Source: Eledone cirrhosa
Lineage: Eukaryota
DNA: 35,166 nucleotides
NCBI GenBank assembly: GCA_964016885.1
Contig: CAXHJY010000169.1
Span: 1-35,166 of the forward strand
Direction of reading: 5' to 3'
Position numbers and translations under genes: made by a program. The notes beneath the pieces were generated by a model that was not told the DNA's origin, did not search any database, and saw nothing but the letters and a program-made list of their open reading frames with translations. Position 1 is the first letter of the stretch. Each line of letters begins with the position of its first letter. This document shows positions 16,710 to 29,345 of the stretch, one piece after another.

Positions 16710-16738
16710 ATATATATATATGTGTGTGTGGGTGGGTG

Positions 16739-16769
<31 letters not shown>

Positions 16770-16799
16770 ATATATATATGTGTGTATATATATATATAA

Positions 16800-16831
<32 letters not shown>

Positions 16832-16871
16832 GTGTATATATATATATACATATATATGTTTATATATATAT

Positions 16872-16938
16872 ATCATCATCATCATCATCATCATCATCGT
16901 TTAACGTCCATATTCCACGCTTGCATGGGTTTGGACGG
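16872..16938 (-). mobile_element. RTE 3' tip with (GAT)n tail inside (TA)n
   Basis: ccgtccaaacccatgcaagcgtggaatatggacgttaaacgatgatg on the minus strand. Confidence 0.9.
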
Positions 16939-16980
16939 ATGTGTATATATATATATATATATGTTTATATATATATACAT

Positions 16981-17014
<34 letters not shown>

Positions 17015-17071
17015 ACTGTATATATATATATAGTTATATATGTGTTTATATGCGTATATATATATACATGT

Positions 17072-17410
17072 ATCATCATCATTTCATTTTACGTCCGCTT
17101 TTTCCCTGCTTTCAAGGGTAGGACAGAAACTGATTCTGGCTTCAATTCTACAGCTGGATGACCTTCCTAATACCAACCTCATTTTCAGTGATTGCTGGGT
17201 GTTTTTTTGCCGTGGCACCGCCACGACCACTTTGCAGTGGAATGATATGGACCCCAGTCCCTATCACATCAGTTCTACAGCTGAGTAAACTGGAGCAATG
17301 TGAAATAAAGTGTCTTGCTCAAGGAAACAACACATCACCCGGTCTGAGAATTGAACTCACAACCTTTCGATTGCAAGGCCAATACTCTAACCACTAAGCC
17401 ATGTGCCTCC
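17072..17410 (-). mobile_element. Second copy of the same tRNA/CORE-like/RTE-tail SINE
   Basis: Nearly the same as 16343-16647, with ~35 extra bp (ctacagctggatgaccttcctaatacc). Confidence 0.87.
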
Positions 17411-17610
17411 ATACATATATCAATAATATTAATAAATGGAAGCTATCTTTATAAACCTATTTTTATTTTATTATATATATTTCAAGGGTACCAACATTTT
17501 GGTACGATCTCATCAGATAAAATCCAAAAGTTGGTTTACAGATAGTGACATATTCAGACAAGAACTTAATGTTGTGAGTTCTATTTGAATAGTGTATGTA
17601 TACATATATA

Positions 17611-18290
17611 AGCATAAACGAACTAAGGAAAAAATTAGAAATAAGAGGGATCAGATGCTGTTTACTCGAGAGAAGGCTACGTTGGTATGGACACGTGATG
17701 CGCATGAAAGTCGATAGCTGTATAACAAAGTGCAGGGCAATAAAGATAGACGGTAACCACGGAATAGGCAGACCTAGAAAAACCTGGGACGAGCTGATAA
17801 ACTCCAACCTCACACACTTACACCTCTCCAAGACAATGTCACTGGACCAAGACCTTTGGCAGTACACAGTAATAGAGAAGACCCGCCTTACCTAAATACA
17901 TAGTAAAACCTACTCCAGCCAGTAGGCATCTCTAACAATATACACCCGTCCCACCACCCCCACCCCATCCACACCACCCCTTTCTATGTAAAGTTATGTT
18001 GGTGCCACACCATCCAGACCGAAACAAATGAGATCGTGTAGGTGTCACGACAAAAAAACACACAGTCCACGCTGTAATGTGGCCGTGTAGGCAACACGGT
18101 AAAAACCTCCCAGACCCACACTGTAAATGTGGTTGGTGTTAGGAAGGGCATCCAACTGTAGAAAACCTGCCAGACAGTCCTATGCGAGCAAGACAATCAC
18201 TCTTGCCTCAAGTGGGAATACCCCCGTCCAAACCCATGCAAGCATGGAACACGGACGTTAAACGTTGATGATGATGATGATGATGATGAT
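17611..18290 (+). mobile_element. 5'-truncated RTE LINE (C-terminus + 3' UTR), third subfamily
   Basis: SINELRKKLEIRGIRC...[12 protein letters not shown]...GRPRKTW to the stop at 17895; UTR; (GAT)n tail. Confidence 0.93.
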
Positions 18291-18308
18291 ATAAATATAT
18301 ATATATAT

Positions 18309-18512
18309 GCCATCGCCCTATTTTGACTAAAGAAATTAAAGAAATTATTTAGCCTGATAGTGCGGTTAAGAACCCTCGGAGAAATGGAAAAAGATGAGTA
18401 TTGACGTACATGTACCTCAATACTCATCTTTTTCCATTTCTCCGAGAGTTCTTAACCCCACTATCAGGCTAAATAATTTCTTTAATTTCTTTAGTCAAAC
18501 TACGGCGATAGC
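18309..18512. repeat. 204-bp near-perfect palindrome with no spacer
   Basis: Centre gtaca|tgtac at 18410/18411; arms complementary with a few mismatches. Confidence 0.95.
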
Positions 18513-18619
18513 TTACATTTCTAATAATTTCAAACCAACTCGCTGTCTCGAAAATATCCTTAATATATATATATATATAAGAGAGAAAGAGAGATAGTGA
18601 GATTCCACTCCTCACATTG

Positions 18620-18850
18620 CTGCTGAAATTTCTAAAGGCTCTCAATACACCCTGTAAGCTGGTAATGATGGTGGCACAAAAATCATCCTGTCAACCTCGT
18701 AAAGTGTTTGTGTAGATAACACGACAAAAACAAGCCAGAAAGAGTTTTGTATGAGCAGTACATGGTCATATGATCTGAATCGTCTCACATCTTGTCTAAA
18801 CCATACTAGCATGGAAAGTGAATGCTAAATGATGATGAAGATGAATGATG
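18620..18850 (+). mobile_element. Old SINE/RTE-tail relic
   Basis: Ends gtctaaaccatactagcatggaaagtgaatgctaaatgatgatg, a decayed form of the RTE terminal stem-loop and tail. Confidence 0.55.
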
Positions 18851-20091
18851 AGAAAGAGGGAACATGATTTTTCATATTTTCTTTTAACTGAGAAAAATAA
18901 TAAAAGACAAGAAAATCAAGACTTGATATAGTTTATGCTTGTCTATTTTATTCCTTAATTACCATGCTGCCCAGGTGATTGAGTAGGTCCTGTCAGAAGC
19001 AATCATCTCCAATTGATCCAGTTGGATTCCCAAGCAAGGCTATCTGGGTCTCCTCTAGTTGGTTCACCTGTAAAATATATCCAACGATTCCTTCCCGAGA
19101 CTTTCTAACCTCATGCTCATTGTATCGGAGACATGATCGCTTAATTTGAAAAAATAGCAGCTCTACCTGGTGCAACTGTCTGATCACCAAGCTATGCACT
19201 CTATTGAATAATGTTACTCCAATTGCGTAACGTTAATAGACAAATTATCAAAAATTTATGAATGATGGTGACATTTTCATGATCAATCCAATATGGACAA
19301 AACAGATAATCCTAGGTTATGCATGATTCCATTGGCAGATAATTACAAGCATGAGCAGTAAATTAACAATGACAAATATAAACTTTATAATGTGTTCTTT
19401 TGTATTAATAAAATATCTGCTGCATATTGCCAGAGTTATCCAGCCTACACCTCTCCCCAAGAAAGATCCATTTTAAGATTAATATATAAAAAAGGAATGG
19501 AAACAAGATAACAAAAGTGACAGCAAATATAAAATAGGTTTATTACTCATTGAAATGAAAGAAAAACTAATAGTACTAAACATCCAAATACCAAATATAA
19601 TTGCATCTTTTGGACAGTACTTTCAAAATAGAAATCACACCATTTAAATATTGATCAGAACTCAGCCTATTAAAGACATAATGACATAAAATTTTAAGAC
19701 ATTTCATATTTTTTGAAAGAATGTATGACAAATATTTCTAAATTTTTCAACCAGCAGCATTTAAAAATTAATTAGCTAAACAAGGATAATTGAATTACAT
19801 GTGAAAATCATTTATCATTGGTAAATCAATGATTTTAACAAGTCAGAAAGATTTAAGAATATTTTATCTTTGAGCAAATTATTTATCAATGTAATTAAAG
19901 GCACCAAAAATAATAAATGAGAATGTTGTTTTTTGTTTTGTGCTATTTCATATAAAATGCTTTGGATAATACTTTGTTCTTGTAAGAAAGGGAAAGTAGT
20001 TATGTTAGTTGAAAATAGTTGACTATGCAATGAGATATAAGAGATGATAAATTTATAGGCATCTAAGTATGGTATTAAATGTTATATGCAT

Positions 20092-20287
20092 TTAATATAA
20101 AGAATGATGGGCTTATGCTCAGAGATGTTATAAAATAGCTTATAAAATAGGGTGAAGACCCTTAAAAGATGGAAAAGAATTTAGTAGTTGTTAGCAACTT
20201 CTTTTTCTTTCTTTTAAGGGTCTTCACCCTATTTCATATGCTATTTTATTGCATCTCTGTGCATGACCCCATCATTCTTTATATTAA
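20092..20287. repeat. Inverted repeat (~90-bp arms); the arm sequence recurs at 32963-33061
   Basis: ttaatataaagaatgatggg...aaatagggtgaagacccttaaaaga versus tcttttaagggtcttcaccctattt...cccatcattctttatattaa. Confidence 0.88.
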
Positions 20288-20345
20288 CTCTATATTCATA
20301 GCGTTTAGAGTCTGAAACATCTGCTACATATATTTTTTGTTATAT

Positions 20346-21207
20346 AGAGAGCTTATACCACTATTGGCCGCTAAAGGGTTCTCTCTAAAAATGAAAGGCA
20401 GGCTGTATGATGCCTGCATACAAACAGCAATGTTACATGGCAGTGAGACCTGGGCATTGTGTGCAGAGGATATATGCAGACTGGAGAGGAACGAAGCTTG
20501 CATGCTCCGCTGGATGTGTAATAGTAATATACGTGAACGGCAAAGCATAAAAGAACTAAGGGAGAAATTAGGAATAAGAGGGATCAGATGCTGTTTACTC
20601 GAGAGAAGACTACATTGGTACGGTCACATGAAAGACGACAGCTGTATAAAAAAGTGCAGGGCGATAAAAATAGACAGTAGCCACGGTGTAGGCAGACCCA
20701 GAAAAACCTGGGACGACTTGATAAATTCCGACCTCACACACTTATACCTTTCAAAGACAATGTCACTGGATCAAGATCTTTGGCGCTACACAGTAATACA
20801 GAAGACCCGCCTTGCCTAAGTACAAAGCGAAACCTACAGTCAGTAGGCACCTCTAACAAAAATACACCCCCGTCCCACTACCCCCACCCCATCCACACCA
20901 CCCCTTCCTATGTAAAGTTATGTTGGTACCACAACATCCAGTCCGAAACAAATGAGGTTGTGTAGGTGTCACAACAAAAAAACACACAGTCCATGCTGTA
21001 ATGTGGCCATGTAGATAACACGGTAAGAACCTCCCAGTCCACACTGTAAACATGGTTGGTGTTAGGAAGGGCATCCAGCCTTAGAAAAACCGCCAGCCAG
21101 TCCTATACGAGCAAGACAACCAATCTTGCCTCAAGTGGGAAAATTCCCGTCCAAACCCATGTTAGCATGGAAGATGGATGTTAAACGATGATGATGATGA
21201 TGATGAT
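20346..21207 (+). mobile_element. 5'-truncated RTE LINE (same subfamily as 17611-18290)
   Basis: RELIPLLAAKGFSLKMKGRLYDAC...MLHGSETW...GRPRKTW to the stop at 20819; UTR; (GAT)n tail. Confidence 0.94.
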
Positions 21208-22004
21208 ATATTATTTCAAAATACACAACCATTCATTTACTTGATAAGTCCCAATAGCTTACAATTATTTAATGTTCAACAACATATCACAAGCAAGCTG
21301 AGGCCAGTTTCCCTGCTGAAGAAGGAAGTATCCTTGTAGAACACATGATAGGCCTTATGCCCATCATGGAGTCTTTTTTGAGGTAATATTTTACAGCTGG
21401 ATGCTGTTCTTAGTGCCAATACCTTTAGTCACCTGACGTTGTGTCTATTCCAAACCAGATACACACAGAAAACAGTCATATAAGATGTATTTCTGTAATG
21501 CAATACTAAGTTCAGGCAGACTAAATGTTTATCAGATATAATTCTTATGAAGTGTAAAAACAAAGTATGAATATATAGTGAATTTGTTTTCTATAAGTTG
21601 AAATTGAGTTAGCATTTATTATTTTCATCTATATTTAGTTCATGTCATATAAAGTTTATTTAATTGAACATTCAATCTTAATCAATAAATGCAAAATTCC
21701 AGTCATGATGGTATAAACATTTTCATAAGCTAAATAAAATTTGTCTAGTTTTATGAAAACAACTAAACTAGTTTATAAAACTTAGTCATAATACTAAGTC
21801 TGGGAAACAAATGCCCATAGTCTACCATTTAATATCGCTGAAAACGACTATAAAACTTGACAGTTTTCAACAGAATAGCAAATTTGAAATGCTCAAACTT
21901 AAAGTTCCTTCTAACAAATAGCAATACATAGAACAAGCATGACTTCAAAATTATTAGTATTTTTGTCTTAGCTTATCATTATAATAACTGTACAGAAGGG
22001 GGTT

Positions 22005-22230
22005 GACTGGCAGAAAGGATTTAATTACATCCCGTAATGCTCTGAGTTCAAATCCTGTCATTTATCATTCCAGGGTTAATGAAATAAGATCATAATTTTC
22101 CAGACTCAATATCATAAATACTGTGGTTTAATCTAATCCGCTGTTAGCTCCCTCCAAACTCTGTAGCTTTATTAGAAACCATCTTTCTCCCACCAAAACA
22201 TTTCTCACCTTGTGCCTATAGTAGAAATCA
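22005..22230 (+). mobile_element. Decayed tRNA-derived SINE (second family)
   Basis: ctggcagaa...ctctgagttcaaatcc...cttgtgcctatagtagaaa, similar to the copies at 22888, 25587 and 35058. Confidence 0.55.
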
Positions 22231-22887
22231 TTATTATACAATACAGTTTATTATATTTTTCAAGTAAAGTTACTATTTTTATTTTATTTATGTTAACATT
22301 TGATGTGGGTACTCAGTAATGAAGATAGAATGGCTAACTATTAGACCACAGATGGGAATATAAACACGTTTTTCTGATTTAATGTTTTCTCTCTTGTTAG
22401 AAAAATAATAAAACTATACAATTATTCCATTTAAAAAATGCATCGTTTTAGTTAATATAGAATTTGACTATTGGGTTGTTTCTGAAACATTTACATTTTT
22501 TATACATACTCTGAAACACATGAAAAATATTGAATTTAATTATTATAAATTTTAATATAAGAATAATAGATTATACATTGCAAAATCTATAAAATAATTA
22601 TGATGAATATTTATGACTGTATATTATAAATAATAAATAAATACATTTTTACAAATTTTCTGTTATTCAATTATTACATTTTATCAATAGTTTAATCATA
22701 TAACAAAACTAGTTTTTATCTTAAAAAGTTTTAATATGTTTTGGCTAATTTGTGCATTGAAAAGAGTTCTTGAGAAGTAATATCTCAAATCAGTTTTATT
22801 TCTAATGCTATATTGCTACATTGAGGATTATAAATAGTTTGAATGATTTGATTAAAAGAAATGTGTTTAGATATTATCATTTATCAA

Positions 22888-23118
22888 CATAAGGGCAGAA
22901 TTGTTAGAGCAGACATAAGGGCAGAATTGTTGGCAGAATTGTTAGAGCATCAGACAAAATGCTTTTTACTCATGTAGTTATGATTTCAAACCCCACTGAG
23001 GTCAATTTTGCCTTTCTTTCAAAATTGATAAAATAAAGAAACAGTGACATATTGGGTCGATGTAATCGATTTTACCATTCCAACAAATTGTTGGTCTTGT
23101 GCCTAAATTAGAAACCGT
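22888..23118 (+). mobile_element. tRNA-derived SINE (second family) with triplicated 5' end
   Basis: ggcagaattgttagagcatcagacaaaatgc...gaggtcaattttgcctttc...cttgtgcctaaattagaaacc. Confidence 0.7.
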
Positions 23119-23669
23119 TATTTATCACATGAGAAAAATCATACTTTTCACAATGCAGTTTTAAAAGCAATATACACAGATAAATAATTATACCATAGCC
23201 AAAGAGGTTCTGAATATTAAACATTTCTCAAAGTAATTTTATAAATATTCACAATCATTTGCATAACCCTATATAATCCATGTGAATAAGCTATCAGCAA
23301 ATTACACTGCATTTAATTAAATGGTATCAAATATATTTTGTGTATTTTATAGGTAAGAGTAAAGAGAACCATTTTATGTTTGTAGCATTACATGTTTTAT
23401 AGGTTTATATGATAACATGGAACTAACTTTAATACTAATCTATTTAAACGTTTCAAAATATTATTAGAATCTAATGAATATTAAAACTGCAACCAAAATA
23501 CCTATATATTATTCTTGAAAGCTTTTGTATAGTACATTTACGATTATTGCATGTAGGTGAAGGGATAATACAGGTTGACTTCCAACAAATAAAAATTCTC
23601 ATTTTTTTTTATAGATATGAAATATAATAGTAAGATTATCACATCAATAGTTTAAATATTATAGTAATA

Positions 23670-23920
23670 ATTTAATGGTAATGTTGTCAGGTTCATGATC
23701 ATAAGGTGATGAGCTCAATTCCCAAACCAGACAGCACATTGTGTCCATATATTGCTTTGTCACATTGTTCTATTCTACTCAGCAAGAAAACAAATGAGTT
23801 GTAATGACACAGTTATGCTATATTGGCCTTTACCGTTTCCTTGGACAACATCTTTGGTGTTGGGATGGAAGACTGGCATACAGGGCTAACTGCTGTTATT
23901 TACAGAATATCTTGCCCAGG
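23670..23920 (+). mobile_element. Old tRNA/CORE-like SINE
   Basis: gagctcaattccc...cattgtgtcc...cacattgttctattctactcagc resembles the head and core of the 17072-17410 SINE. Confidence 0.5.
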
Positions 23921-25586
23921 AGTAACTTACTAGATGATATGAAGACACAGGCAGACAGACAGATGTACAAGCACATACAATGCGTTTCCTCATAGTTTTC
24001 AGATAGCAAATAATTTTCATCTTTCTAAAATGTTCAAACAGTTGTTGATAAGTAAAATTAATGAAAATTTAGGAAATTATTTAGATACTGTAATCCTTTT
24101 GATGCAAAGAGCCCGAAATCACCCCTGGTCTCCAAACTTCCATTATAATTTATCTACAAACCTTTAGGTTCCAAAAGAACAACTTAATAATGAGAAGGTT
24201 TATTATACTTCTAAATCTCTCCTAAATCTTGATTGTTTCCAAATAAATTATTTTTCTAATCATAGTGTAATACATTTAAAATATTATAATGAAAGGTTTA
24301 AATATTAATGCTTAAGATGAGGAAATTTAGCCCTAAAGAAAAAAAAAAGTATTAGGCATCTGAAAACCAATTCAAATCATTCGCATTCTGACAAACTATG
24401 GGATTTCAAGTTCCTTTAATCTTGATTAAAATTATATTATTTTACCAGTGAAACATGTTTCTTTAAGGTCTGTGAAATAGTAAGTAGGGAATCAACTGAT
24501 ATTGGAAAAACTGAATAATAATGATTTGTCATAGTGAAAATTGTGCCAAACTATTGGTTTAAGATAATCAAAAATCTTACAATAAATAAATGATCAGAAG
24601 GATTTTTTCTGTAGATGCCTATTAGGTGGAATGAAGTATTTTCATTATAAAATCAATTTCTTTTAACTTGGCAGTTAGATATTGTAAATAGATAAAACAA
24701 ATTAAACATAAAACAAATAAAATATAAAACAAATAAAATATATAGATTTAAAAAGAGAACAGGAATTATTATTAACCTACATCAACTTTTTAAAGGTTCC
24801 AATTTTTTAAAATCTCTCTCGTATTGTATATTACTGTCTGCTTTATGTTTTTACTTGAAACAGTATAGAAAAATTCTGTTAAAAATATTGTTTCTTGTCA
24901 ACCAACCAAAATAAATAGCGAGGCTTTTTGGCATTGGAATAGTGAATATTTCAGGGGAAAATAATCTATGAAGTCAGTTGGTGGCAGAGAAATTGGCTCT
25001 AGTTGACAAGATATGCTCCAAAACATCTTCCAGATGACCTAATCACAGAGAAAATTAAGTAAATCAACCACTTTATAAACAGTAAAAGGGAATGTATTAG
25101 CAACCTGTCGATGGGATCAAACATCTAATATAATATTTTACCCTTGCTATAAAGTCATGTTATCGCTACTGAATAATAAAAAGCAGCTGGTTGATAAATG
25201 TGCATCAAACATTTTCTTTTTTCTGAATTCTAATGCATTACAGACATAGTAAATCTAAAACGAAAATAGGATAAAAGCATTTGCTTTGCACCTATGAATT
25301 TATCACTGAAGGAATGTTAACTAATAGATTTGATAATTCAAACATAAGGTTTTCTTCTTCAGTTTTAAATTTGCTGTATATAATGAGTGAGCTGGAACTC
25401 AGAAAGAATTATATATTCTAAGATTCTAGACTCTGGATGAAAAGTGATGTAAGCTAGTTTATTCATAAAAGTTCCATCTACATAAAACATAAACAGCTAA
25501 TACTAAATGGGAGTAAAGTTAACCAATGAGTTTCTCAAGATAATAAATGATGAAATATACAGTAAATAAAAAACATACATTGATAA

Positions 25587-25890
25587 TGGTTTCCAATTTA
25601 GGCACAAGACTAACACTTTTAGGAAAGGGTAAAGTCGATTAAATTGACCCCTGTGCATTGCTGGTAATTTATTTTATCAACCCCATAAGAATGAAACGCA
25701 AGAAATTTGAACTCAGAATATAAGGGATTGAAACTATATGCCATAAAGCATGTTGTCTGATTTTCAACTGATAATTGTTTCTACTTTTGGCACAAGGCCA
25801 GAAATTATCCCAGTGTGTTACTGGTACTCTATTTTATCGACCCCGTAAGGATGAAAGGCAAAATTAACCTCAGCGAGATTTGAACTCATG
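25587..25890 (-). mobile_element. Two adjacent fragments of the second SINE family
   Basis: Minus strand gagttcaaatctcgctgaggttaattttgcctttcatccttacggggtcgataaaatagagtaccagt...cttgtgcc, and a second copy ending cttgtgcctaaattggaaacc. Confidence 0.78.
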
Positions 25891-26499
25891 TTCAACTGAT
25901 AATGCCACTCCACCACCGTACTAAATACAGTAAAAGTGGTATTAAATATATTTAGAGCACAATGATATTCAGATATAAAACTGTAAAAATAAGGTATAAA
26001 TGACTGATGCATCAGCTTTGACAAGTGAAAGTTCCAGTTGTACAATCAATAAAGCCACCTGCTCATTTGTATTATAGTGTAAAATGGATAAGCATTCCAT
26101 AGACACTTCTACCAATAATTTCATATTCAGGTAAAAATCAATGTGATGCAGCATATGACTGGTCCTTTGAATTACAGGTGCAAATCATTTGCTGAGTCTC
26201 TACACAGATTCTATTGATTGAATTTCATTTCTGTGAAATGCAATTCAACAAAAGCTTCATGATTGTTAAACAAACTTCTTAACTTTTTTTTAATCTTCAA
26301 CCCAGGGATACAATGCTTTGCTTTTTTCTAATTATTACAAAGCAGTTAATACAAAAACAAAATAGACTATTAAAGTGAAGAAAACCCAAAGAAAAGGAGA
26401 TGAAAAGAAGAAAAAGAAAAAAAGAATCATGCAACAAAAGAAAGGGAGATATGGTAGGGACAGACACTACACCCCAGTCTGAGCAATGCCTCATCTAGT

Positions 26500-26720
26500 T
26501 TTGCAGACAAAATGGCAAAAGTGTTACTGGAGAGAATGGCCACAGACACCCACTGCAAGAGCCAACCCACCTCACGGGGCTCTCTTTTCAAGTGGGCAAG
26601 TGTCTTTCTAATTTTATGGATAAACTCAGCAGTGATGGAACCAAGGATATAAGAGGTTTTGATGGACACTGGTACAAAGAGGAAGTGGTCAGACAAGCCC
26701 TGGTGTTTAATGATCTTAAC
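26500..26720 (-). mobile_element. C-terminal relic of a restriction-like-endonuclease (CRE-like) non-LTR retrotransposon
   Basis: KIIKHQGLSDHFLFVPVSIKTSYILG...FIHKIRK...EPREVGWLLQWVSVAILSSNTFAIL fits the F.P.a.ET.G..G...F+..+...T.EPR...L.QR+S+A+.+GNA..+L pattern. Confidence 0.65.
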
Positions 26721-27939
26721 TATTTAATCATGTCTGAAACCACTAAAGTTAATATTGAATTAAACATTTTTCACATATATTCCTTTAACTCAGCACCTCC
26801 TCAATTATTTTACTCTAATAGAAATTAATCATTACTGTTATTAGTCACTTTATGTTAAGCTATTATAGATTTTATATTAGATAGCATGGTCCAAAGAGAA
26901 CATATATGCCAACATTTACAGATCTATCTAACAAATTGACATTGAAAATGACACATAAAATGTCAACCATATTACATGATTATACAATATATTTACCAAA
27001 ACTATGTAATGGGAAACCATTTTCAGATTTAATTTCTGAATGTTAGAGATTATTATTTCTATCAAATAAATTATTTACCTCTAAGAGAAAATGTTATTCT
27101 AAACAAACTCTATGTTAAACCAACTCCATATAAACTACTTTTGTTGGTTCTAGCATGATTTACAAAACAACATTATTAATAATTTAATATTATTTTAGAA
27201 TGATTGAACAGAATTAACTAAATACAAATGAAAACCTTACTGCAAACTCATTCATCATACAGCTGAGCTAAGAACAGTAGTTGACACTGATGATGGCAAT
27301 AACATTGACTATTATGATGATAGGGACAGCAATACTGGTGATATTGATAGTAAGAGTAATACAAATGTTAATAATTACAATTATAATAACAGATAAATTT
27401 TTAATAAAAAATAGTAGGTGAACCACAGGCTTTTTCAACGTTCACCTAAAATTAATGCATCTAAAGAGGAAAAGTTACTTAACCTTCTAATAATAAAATG
27501 TTTTAGTAAACGGTTTTCCTATAAGGATATTATTCAAACACGTCATTTAAGGTCTGATACAAATAAAAGTAACAAATATTACAAGCCATTTTAAAATCCG
27601 TTTTATGCAGGAGCTATTACTGCAATGTACTGGATTCCAATGCTTTCCTATTCCAGGTAATTTCCTCCTATCAATTAATAAATGTGTAATCATTATTTAA
27701 ACTTAATTCTATAGGATACTCCATAAATGCCTGATTAAATATAGCTTTGATAAACATAGCAGCAATATTTCTTGGGAATTTGGGAAATAAATTATCATTC
27801 CATATCATCAACCTAGCTAATAACTTCTGTAATCAATTTTCCAATAGGTTTCTCCAAAAGTGACCTTTATATCACTATACAAAATTTGTGCTATATTAAC
27901 ATTAGAAAACAAAGTTGAGGTTGACAGTATCATAATACA

Positions 27940-29108
27940 TCATCCTCACCATGGCTTGGCAAACGATGATTATGAAGTGTCTGTGTGTGTGGGGGAGGGG
28001 TCCACGTTGGCTGCAGGCATGCTCGTAGCTGTTCAAGCCAATATGGAACAGGCAGCCACTGGAGCTGAAGGTCTGGTCAGGGTTTGATGATTTGGTGTTG
28101 TGGTTCTTCCTCCTGTGCCTTGTGTCCTCAAGAGTGACTCTGTGAGTGTTTTCAAAGGAGGAGACAGCATGGCTGATGGTGAGATGCTAGATACCATGTT
28201 TCTCAGCAAAGGTGGACAACAGGAGACGGCCAATGTGACAGGCACCAAGGGATTTTTTCAAACAGTCCTTGTATCACTTCTTTGGTGTCCCCCTGACATG
28301 ATTGCCAGTGAAGTGTTCACCTTACAGCATTATCCTAAGCAAGTGATGACCCTTTATCCTGCAGATGTGCCCTGTCCAGTGCAGTTGAGACCTCAGCAAC
28401 ATGGCCCTGGTGCCATTTGGCAAGGACTTCAACATTGGTGACAAAATTTCTCCAGTGGATGTTGAGGATGGTGCAGATGTAGCACTGATGGAAGAGCTGA
28501 AGGTGGTGGTGATAAGTGATGCATGATTCTGAGCCATATAGGAGGGGGATAAGGACTATGGCTCTGTACACGCTGATCTTGGTACTCTTTAGATGTTTAT
28601 TGTTTGTACAGTCTGCCAAATACACTGCTCATATTTGCCAGCCTGTTGCTGATTTCCCTTTCTATCTTGGCATCTGATGTGATGGTGCACCCCAGGTAGG
28701 TAAATTGATGAACTAGTAATATGGTGGGGGTAATCACTTGAGGTGCAGGCTGGTGGCGTACCTTCATCTTCTTTAAGTTGACTTCGAGCCCAAAGAGTTG
28801 GACAGCTTCTGTGAAGTAGAAAGTGATGGGCTGCAAGGTTCTTTCTGTGTGGGCAACAAGGAAAGTATTGTTGGCAAAAAAGAGGTCCAAGGTCTAGATT
28901 CCACCCTTATCATCAAGATCTTCTGTGGAATGCTTGATCATCATGCTGAAGAAGAAGACGGTGAAGAAAGTGGATGCCCCGATGTAACTCTGCTCCACTC
29001 TGTTGCTGAATGGGCTCATAGAAGTGACTGTTGAGTCTAATGTGGTCATGCTGGTCTTCATGTAGCTGGATGACCATGTTGAGGAACTTTGCAGGACAAC
29101 CAAATCAT
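27940..29108 (-). mobile_element. Heavily decayed BovB-like RTE LINE fragment
   Basis: CPAKFLNMVIQLHED; LFFANNTFLVAHTERTLQ (degenerate LFADD); FGLEVNLKK; FTYLGCTITSDAKIEREISNRLA; TKISVYRAIVLIPLLYGSE; MLLRSQLHWTGHI, across frameshifts. Confidence 0.85.
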
Positions 29109-29131
29109 TCCATGATTATATATATATATAC

Positions 29132-29132
<1 letters not shown>

Positions 29133-29193
<61 letters not shown>
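29133..29193. repeat. (GA)n microsatellite
   Basis: Directly visible. Confidence 0.97.
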
Positions 29194-29194
<1 letters not shown>

Positions 29195-29223
29195 ATAATA
29201 TATTTATATGTGTGTGTGTAGTA

Positions 29224-29345
29224 GATCCAGAATTAAATTGGGAGTAATCACAGTAAATAAGGTACTCAATACACTAGTAGAGTGTAAACATCATTAATTC
29301 ATATAGAATGAAACTGTTCTGTTCCTGTAGGAGCCATTTCTAGAG
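29224..29345. mobile_element. Rearranged relative of the 12266-12400 insert with an inverted hammerhead 3' half
   Basis: cacagtaaataaggtactcaataca matches ~12295-12318 on the same strand, while gaatgaaactgttctgttcctgtag (29306-29330) matches the hammerhead strand of 12354-12378, i.e. is flipped. Confidence 0.75.

Noticed and set aside
18963-19067. In-frame TGA as selenocysteine
   Set aside because: No selenoprotein similarity and no SECIS recognised
21320-21345. CTGAAGA-agga agta tcct hammerhead-like start (similarly TTGAAGA-t-tgct tga agca at ~2369)
   Set aside because: No GAAA, cleavage triplet or stem I partner; too incomplete to call
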